DNA of 21,506 bases from Cyanobacteria bacterium P01_A01_bin.123 (GTDB lineage Bacteria > Cyanobacteriota > Cyanobacteriia > Phormidesmidales > Phormidesmidaceae), in the NCBI GenBank assembly GCA_039815185.1, contig JBCBZT010000088.1:1-21506 (forward strand), written 5' to 3'. Numbering within the stretch: the stretch's first letter is position 1; each line of letters starts with the position of its first letter. This document shows positions 17,017-21,506 of this stretch, one piece after another. The translations under genes were made by a program, and so were the position numbers. The notes under the pieces were generated by a model. That model had not been told where the DNA came from, made no database searches, and saw only the letters and a list, made by a program, of their open reading frames with translations.

Positions 17017-17838
17017 CTAAGTCTCAGACGTATTCGAAGGGCCGAACGCTGGCGTGAGATAGGCTACTAGCAAACCAATGGCAAACCCGGCAAAATTGCG
17101 AATCACAGGTAGTAAATCACTTGTGCGGGTTACCACTGGCCCAAGACCAAAGGCAATGAAAAGAATGCCCCACAGCGGAGAGAAAACCAGCACCCACTGC
17201 CACGCAAACGCTTGACCTTGCTTACGGGGATGGGCCGCAAACCCACAGATCACACCGCCTAAGATAGAAGTAATTAGGGTTAAAATCCACTGCTCCCGAG
17301 GTAAGCCTGGCACAACATTGCACCCCCCCTGACGGAGGCAAGTTTCTAAAGAACCTAAAGCGTCCAAAATGGCATTATCTTCACCATTATCGCGGACAAA
17401 AAACTGATTGCCATACCGGGTTTGGAGCTCAATCCAAAAGGTGCGTGGCAGCAAGTCGTAAACAGCATCACCAACGCTAAAATTAAGCAGATTACCGCCT
17501 CGGGGGTCTGCCACCAACATGACGCTCTTTTCATCTAGGCCCCAAAAGGCTTTCACAGCACGACCTGGAGTGCGATCATATTGAGTCAAGACCCGCAGCT
17601 TCCAGCCTGTTTCTGCTTCGAGACGGTTCAGTTGCTCGTTCAAATAGCTCTCTTGATTATCAGTGAGCGATTTGGCCAAATCAATCACGACGGTGTCTTC
17701 GTCGGGAAGTAAGTCAGGGTTGTCGTAGGCATAAGCGGGGGGAGCGATCGCCCAAACTCCTATTGCCAAACAGATTGCTGCGAGAGAAACCCAAACCTTT
17801 TGACGAAAATAGCCGTTCAACCACGTATTCATTGGCAC
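17017..17838 (-). CDS. TPM-domain protein, thylakoid lumen 15-kDa protein-like, with C-terminal TM helices
   Basis: Signal peptide ending AYA|Y. VIDLA..L....LEAETGWKLRVLTQ..RTPG.AVK.FWGLD, LNFSVG, TFWIELQTRYGNQF, then three TM helices. Start is GTG 17838 or ATG 17832. Confidence 0.85.
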   Translation of the reverse strand: MPMNTWLNGYFRQKVWVSLAAICLAIGVWAIAPPAYAYDNPDLLPDEDTVVIDLAKSLTDNQESYLNEQLNRLEAETGWKLRVLTQYDRTPGRAVKAFWGLDEKSVMLVADPRGGNLLNFSVGDAVYDLLPRTFWIELQTRYGNQFFVRDNGEDNAILDALGSLETCLRQGGCNVVPGLPREQWILTLITSILGGVICGFAAHPRKQGQAFAWQWVLVFSPLWGILFIAFGLGPVVTRTSDLLPVIRNFAGFAIGLLVAYLTPAFGPSNTSET

Positions 17839-17982
17839 CTTTTATTGAGGAGATCAGTGCTGCTTGCCCATCTCAGTTCTTGGACAAGTTACCCCACCCG
17901 GAAAACCGCCTAAGGTAAACACTCACATTTTGTTTACAGTTTTTAACTTAGATCTCATTTTATGGATGAACCGTGGAAGACG

Positions 17983-18600
17983 TCAATCTTGATTTTCCAG
18001 GGCTTTTTTGCTTTCGGCAGAGTAAACTGCGTCTGATGCTTTCAGTTTAGGCTCTGTTGGTGTTTCTGAGTTAGGTTCCGCGAGTTCTGTTTGCTCTCGC
18101 TGCCGTTGTCCAGGGCGGTGGGTCAGATCTTGAGGCACAGTGCGTGAGTCTGGCGTATGCGGGCGATCGCTGAGCGATAGCGTCGGTCTTGTAGATGCCG
18201 TTAGACGTCGATCGCGTTGGCGAGAACGGCCCGGTGATTTACGGTGAAAGGTTCGCCAGGCAACGCGTAAGCCAACGGCTAAGCTACGTCCTGTGGTGCG
18301 CAACCGCTTGGCCTGTTGACGGGCAGTACTCAAGCCTTGATCGACTTGTTTGACGACCTCTCCTGCGGTTTGTACCCCGTCACTCACCTCGTCGGTGAGT
18401 TCTGTAATTTCTAGTCCCGTGAGGCGAATGGACTCTAAGGTGGGTGGCAGTTCTCGATTGAGGGTGTCAAATAGCTTTTCAGCACTACGAGCTGCCCTCG
18501 ATAACTCTCGGAAAGCAGGCAGGGCAACCGCCAGCACTAACGTTAGGCTAACAGCGACCAACAGCAGAGACAGAACTAGCCAGAAGAGAGGATTGAGCAC
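17983..18600 (-). CDS. DUF948 (YoxC/YtxG-like) membrane-anchored coiled-coil protein
   Basis: PLFWL...LLVAVSL TM, then ELSRAARSAEKLFDTLNRELPPTLESIRLTGLEITELTD and a disordered tail. GTG 18600 (or 18606). Confidence 0.82.
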   Translation of the reverse strand: MLNPLFWLVLSLLLVAVSLTLVLAVALPAFRELSRAARSAEKLFDTLNRELPPTLESIRLTGLEITELTDEVSDGVQTAGEVVKQVDQGLSTARQQAKRLRTTGRSLAVGLRVAWRTFHRKSPGRSRQRDRRLTASTRPTLSLSDRPHTPDSRTVPQDLTHRPGQRQREQTELAEPNSETPTEPKLKASDAVYSAESKKALENQD

Positions 18601-18622
18601 AAACACCGTCTAAGTTTCAAGG

Positions 18623-18961
18623 TTATTCACGAGCATGGGAAGACGATAGGGCTGGATCTTGCTGTCCCAAGGGTTCAAATTCGCGTTGACTGGCAACTTG
18701 TCCGGCCGCGATCGCTTCTCCCAATCGCTCCAACGTTTGTTCCCAGTTGCGCAATGCCTTTTCTGAGAGACGATCTGCCTGGAGTTGAATCGACGTTGAT
18801 AAATCCTCAGCCAATTCCGGTAAGGCATCTGCGGATTTTCGCAAAAACTGCCGGGTCTCTTTACCCGAGCGCGGGGCGGCAAGCACTCCAGCCACCACGC
18901 CAATGGCAGCGCCAATCACTATACCGCCAATAAACGCACCGGAATTGTTGCCGTTTGCCAT
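18623..18961 (-). CDS. YtxH domain protein
   Basis: FIGGIVIGAAIGVVAGVLAAPRSGKETRQ is the YtxH signature. Start is 18961 or 18970. Confidence 0.9.
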   Translation of the reverse strand: MANGNNSGAFIGGIVIGAAIGVVAGVLAAPRSGKETRQFLRKSADALPELAEDLSTSIQLQADRLSEKALRNWEQTLERLGEAIAAGQVASQREFEPLGQQDPALSSSHARE

Positions 18962-18997
18962 GACTGCCATTCTCCAAAATTTTTATCGCCCGAGTGA

Positions 18998-19339
18998 TCA
19001 AATCTGGGGAAACCGCCGCAGTCGTCGCTGCCGCCGTACTTGCCGAGACCAGAGCTGTTGCCCTACTCCAATTAAAACCAAAATTTGGCGCAACCGCTGC
19101 AGTCTAAGCATCAAGGTCTGATATTGTGCTCGCGCTTGGGTCGTGCCCGTTTGGGCTTTCAAGATGTTATCAGGGGCATCCTTGAGCACGCGGTGGGTGC
19201 TGTACTCCCAACGGGTGAGTGTATCGGCTACGTTGGCCAGCTTTCGGCGCAGTTGCCAGATTCGCCAAGCCGTACAGCAACAGGCCAATGCAATGACTAA
19301 ATTTAGACCAACAACAAACAATACAAGCAAAGGCAGCAC
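18998..19339 (-). CDS. Hypothetical membrane protein (N-terminal TM plus basic helical region)
   Basis: TM LLVLFVVGLNLVIALACCC, then WRIWQLRRKLANVADTL..WE..TH.VL..AP. First gene of the YtxH/DUF948 run. Confidence 0.7.
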   Translation of the reverse strand: MLPLLVLFVVGLNLVIALACCCTAWRIWQLRRKLANVADTLTRWEYSTHRVLKDAPDNILKAQTGTTQARAQYQTLMLRLQRLRQILVLIGVGQQLWSRQVRRQRRLRRFPQI

Positions 19340-19610
19340 AAGCGGAGGATTCCTGTTGAATTAGGATTTTAAGGGGTAACTCGATGCCAAATGGCAAGGC
19401 TGCTTCGAACCTTACCGGGCTTTCAAAGGGAGCTTGATGAGTATCTTGTTCAAAACTATGGCGACTCGTTGATCTTAACAGTGAAAGTTGCGGTTGAAGT
19501 GCTAGTATCAATGCCACAAAAAGCCTTTAAACGCCATCCAATTTGAAAACTTCAGCAGGATCTTGCCCTTACAGGAAACAAGGGTTCTGGATGTAGACGA
19601 CATTTAAGTT

Positions 19611-21506
19611 ATGGTGCAAACCCGCTTGACCCAGTACGTGAGTGTTAGCAGTGGCCGCGATGGCCCTCTCGGGCCGACCTCCGATCCTCGCCCCATAGGA
19701 GATGCCAGCCAACCGTTTAAGACCTTAACCGAAGCCCTACAGCAGGTTCAACCGAATACGGTGTTGCAGGTTTTGCCAGGAACCTACAGTGCCGCCACAG
19801 GGGAGATTTTTCCGCTGCGGGTTCCTGCTGGGGTAACGCTGCAAGGGGCTGCCAGCCAAGGGGGATCTACGATCATCTCCGGTGGGGGCAACTTCAACAG
19901 TGAGTCTTTTGGCAATCAAACCACCACGCTGCTGTTAATTGAAAACGCCCAGGTGCAAGACCTGACGGTGACTAACCCAACGGAACGAGGTACTGGGATT
20001 TGGCTGGAAGACTCGCAGGGTATCGTGCGACGCTGTCAATTACGCAGCTGTCGTCGCGACGGCGTATTTGTTACGGGCAACAGCCTTCCTCTAATTGTGG
20101 ATAATCGGTTTCAAGGGAACGGCGCCAGTGGGATTTCTCTAGTGCGAAACAGCAAAGGTGAGGTGCGCAGCAATGTATTTGAGCAGACGGGCTACGGCAT
20201 CGCTGTCAGTGACGAAGCTGCACCGCTTTTGCAAGCCAACCAACTACAAAATAACCGCAGTGGAATTGTGCTGTCGCGAACGGCTCGTCCCGTGCTGCGT
20301 GATAACCGCGCTGCCAACAACCAGGAATATGGCTTAGTTGTCTTAGACAACGCCTTGCCTGATTTGGGACAGGGTCAGTCCTGGGGCGGCAATTGGTTTG
20401 TGGGCAATGGACGGGGGGAAATTCAAAATAAGACCGCTAGCCCCCTGATTTCAGTGGGTAATCAGGTCGACCCCAATCGAATGGACGGGACTGTGACGTT
20501 TGTCGCCAGCCAAATTCCCGATCGAGTAGCAGTACCCCCGGTTTTATTAGATGCGGCACCTGTCTCTGGTACGCCAGAACCGCCGAGTGGCCCAGAGGGA
20601 GGCAGCCCATCCGCTGAAGAAACGCCGCCACCCGGAGAAACCAGCCGATTTCAAGATTTGGTGGGTCACTGGGCAGCGCCATTTGTCAATGCAATGATCG
20701 ACCGGGGCGTCGTGCAGGGCTTTGTAGACGGCGACTTTCGTCCCAACACTCAAGTCACCCGGGCTCAGTTTGCAGCGTTGGTAATAGCCAGTTTCCCCAA
20801 CTCGGCGGCAGCGGTAACGCCCGACTCAAATCGGTTTAGCGACGTGGTTCAGACTTTTTGGGCCAGGGATGTGATTTATCAAGCCCGCGATCGCGGGTTT
20901 ATTAGTGGCTACCCGGACGGTACCTTTCGCCCAGACCAGCCGCTAACTCGGGTGCAGGCGCTGGTGGCGATCGCCAATGGGCTCAAAATGGGTCAGGCCA
21001 ACGGACAGGCACTGGGTATTTTTCGCGATCGCGCCCAGATTCCCAGCTATGCCGTTGGTGCTGTGGCTGCCGCTACCCAGCGACGGCTAGTGGTGAACTA
21101 CCCAGATCCGCTAACCCTCAATCCGCTCGCTGCCATCAGCCGCGCTGAAGTCGTGGCGATTCTCTATCAAAGTTTGGTGGATCAGGGACAAGCACCTGCG
21201 ATCGCCTCAGACTATATTGTCCGTCCAGATACTACATCGCCAGCTTTCACCGATATTGATAATCATTGGGCTAAAGACTTTATTTTGGCGATCGCCAACC
21301 AGGGGCTGATTCGCGGTTACGAAGACGGTAGCTTTCGCGCCAACTTACCCATCACCCGAGCCCAGTATGCAACGCTGTTGGTTAACGCCTTTCGCCCCGT
21401 GGCCCAAAAGCCAGCCACTCAATTTCGAGACGTGCCCCCCGATTTCTGGGCTACTGAGGCAATTCAGCAGGCTTATCGGGCGGGTTTTATGTCGGGTTTC
21501 CCGGAT
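19611..21506 (+). CDS. DUF1565 (parallel beta-helix) plus multiple SLH-domain protein (3' partial)
   Basis: Translated by hand: open from ATG 19611 to the window end (632 codons, no stop), so the track omits it. PFKTLTEAL...PGTYSAATGEIFPL (DUF1565), beta-helix repeats, a Pro/Glu linker, then SLH motifs FQDLVGHWA..GFVDGDFRP..TRAQFA, FSDV..FWA..GYPDGTFRP, FRDRAQIPSYA, FTDIDNHWA..GYEDGSFR, FRDVPPDFWA. Confidence 0.92.
   Translation, partial: MVQTRLTQYVSVSSGRDGPLGPTSDPRPIGDASQPFKTLTEALQQVQPNTVLQVLPGTYSAATGEIFPLRVPAGVTLQGAASQGGSTIISGGGNFNSESFGNQTTTLLLIENAQVQDLTVTNPTERGTGIWLEDSQGIVRRCQLRSCRRDGVFVTGNSLPLIVDNRFQGNGASGISLVRNSKGEVRSNVFEQTGYGIAVSDEAAPLLQANQLQNNRSGIVLSRTARPVLRDNRAANNQEYGLVVLDNALPDLGQGQSWGGNWFVGNGRGEIQNKTASPLISVGNQVDPNRMDGTVTFVASQIPDRVAVPPVLLDAAPVSGTPEPPSGPEGGSPSAEETPPPGETSRFQDLVGHWAAPFVNAMIDRGVVQGFVDGDFRPNTQVTRAQFAALVIASFPNSAAAVTPDSNRFSDVVQTFWARDVIYQARDRGFISGYPDGTFRPDQPLTRVQALVAIANGLKMGQANGQALGIFRDRAQIPSYAVGAVAAATQRRLVVNYPDPLTLNPLAAISRAEVVAILYQSLVDQGQAPAIASDYIVRPDTTSPAFTDIDNHWAKDFILAIANQGLIRGYEDGSFRANLPITRAQYATLLVNAFRPVAQKPATQFRDVPPDFWATEAIQQAYRAGFMSGFPD

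Larger units (their letters stand above)
807..21296. repeat. Dispersed HIP1 octamers (GCGATCGC)
   Basis: About 35 copies counted by eye (e.g. 807, 2500, 3131, 6611), versus under one expected by chance in 21.5 kb. Cyanobacterial hallmark. Confidence 0.95.

Noticed and set aside
16881..17057. 58-aa ORF as a firm CDS
   Set aside because: No SD, it overlaps the convergent TPM gene by 41 bp, and its peptide repeat is explained by the 18-bp DNA duplication. Kept only as a note in findings.
17017..17838. Calling the TPM protein Psb32
   Set aside because: The GWKLRVLTQ/TPG pattern and three C-terminal TMs fit the separate lumenal 15-kDa-like family better.
25..20753. Many short overlapping or antisense ORFs in the track (e.g. 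2556-2909, 5484-5936, 6339-6836, 8213-8596, 13312-13569, 19170-19517)
   Set aside because: They overlap well-supported genes or the tRNA and have no recognisable motifs, so they are treated as shadow ORFs.

Overview
Core chromosomal region of a cyanobacterium: about 35 HIP1 octamers (GCGATCGC, counted by eye) and cyanobacterial genes such as ebsA, mgdA and DUF4327. It holds about 24 protein genes, many envelope- or lipid-related. In order: partial gpmI, secG, a hydantoin/allantoin racemase-like gene, a secreted PPC-like protein, an AI-2E transporter, a GT2, a Cys-rich hypothetical, a lysophospholipase-like hydrolase, a second PPC protein, an LpxB-related glycosyltransferase plus MsbA-like ABC exporter, HxlR, DUF4327, a membrane protein, alkA, tRNA-Asp(GTC), ebsA, mgdA, a divergent TetR/Coq4-like pair, a TPM-domain gene next to a DUF948/YtxH cluster, and a partial DUF1565/SLH protein that the ORF track missed. 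No CRISPR array, integrase or transposase was seen. The most unusual signals are non-coding. (1) A 100-bp unit downstream of tRNA-Asp duplicates the tRNA 3' end from the T-loop and contains an inverted, degenerate tRNA-like segment; the one mismatch between the repeats gives alkA an AGGA Shine-Dalgarno. (2) A 42-bp near-perfect palindrome at 7793-7834. (3) A compact TetR/Coq4-like module with a perfect operator palindrome and overlapping bidirectional -10 boxes. All family calls come from motif recognition, not database searches.
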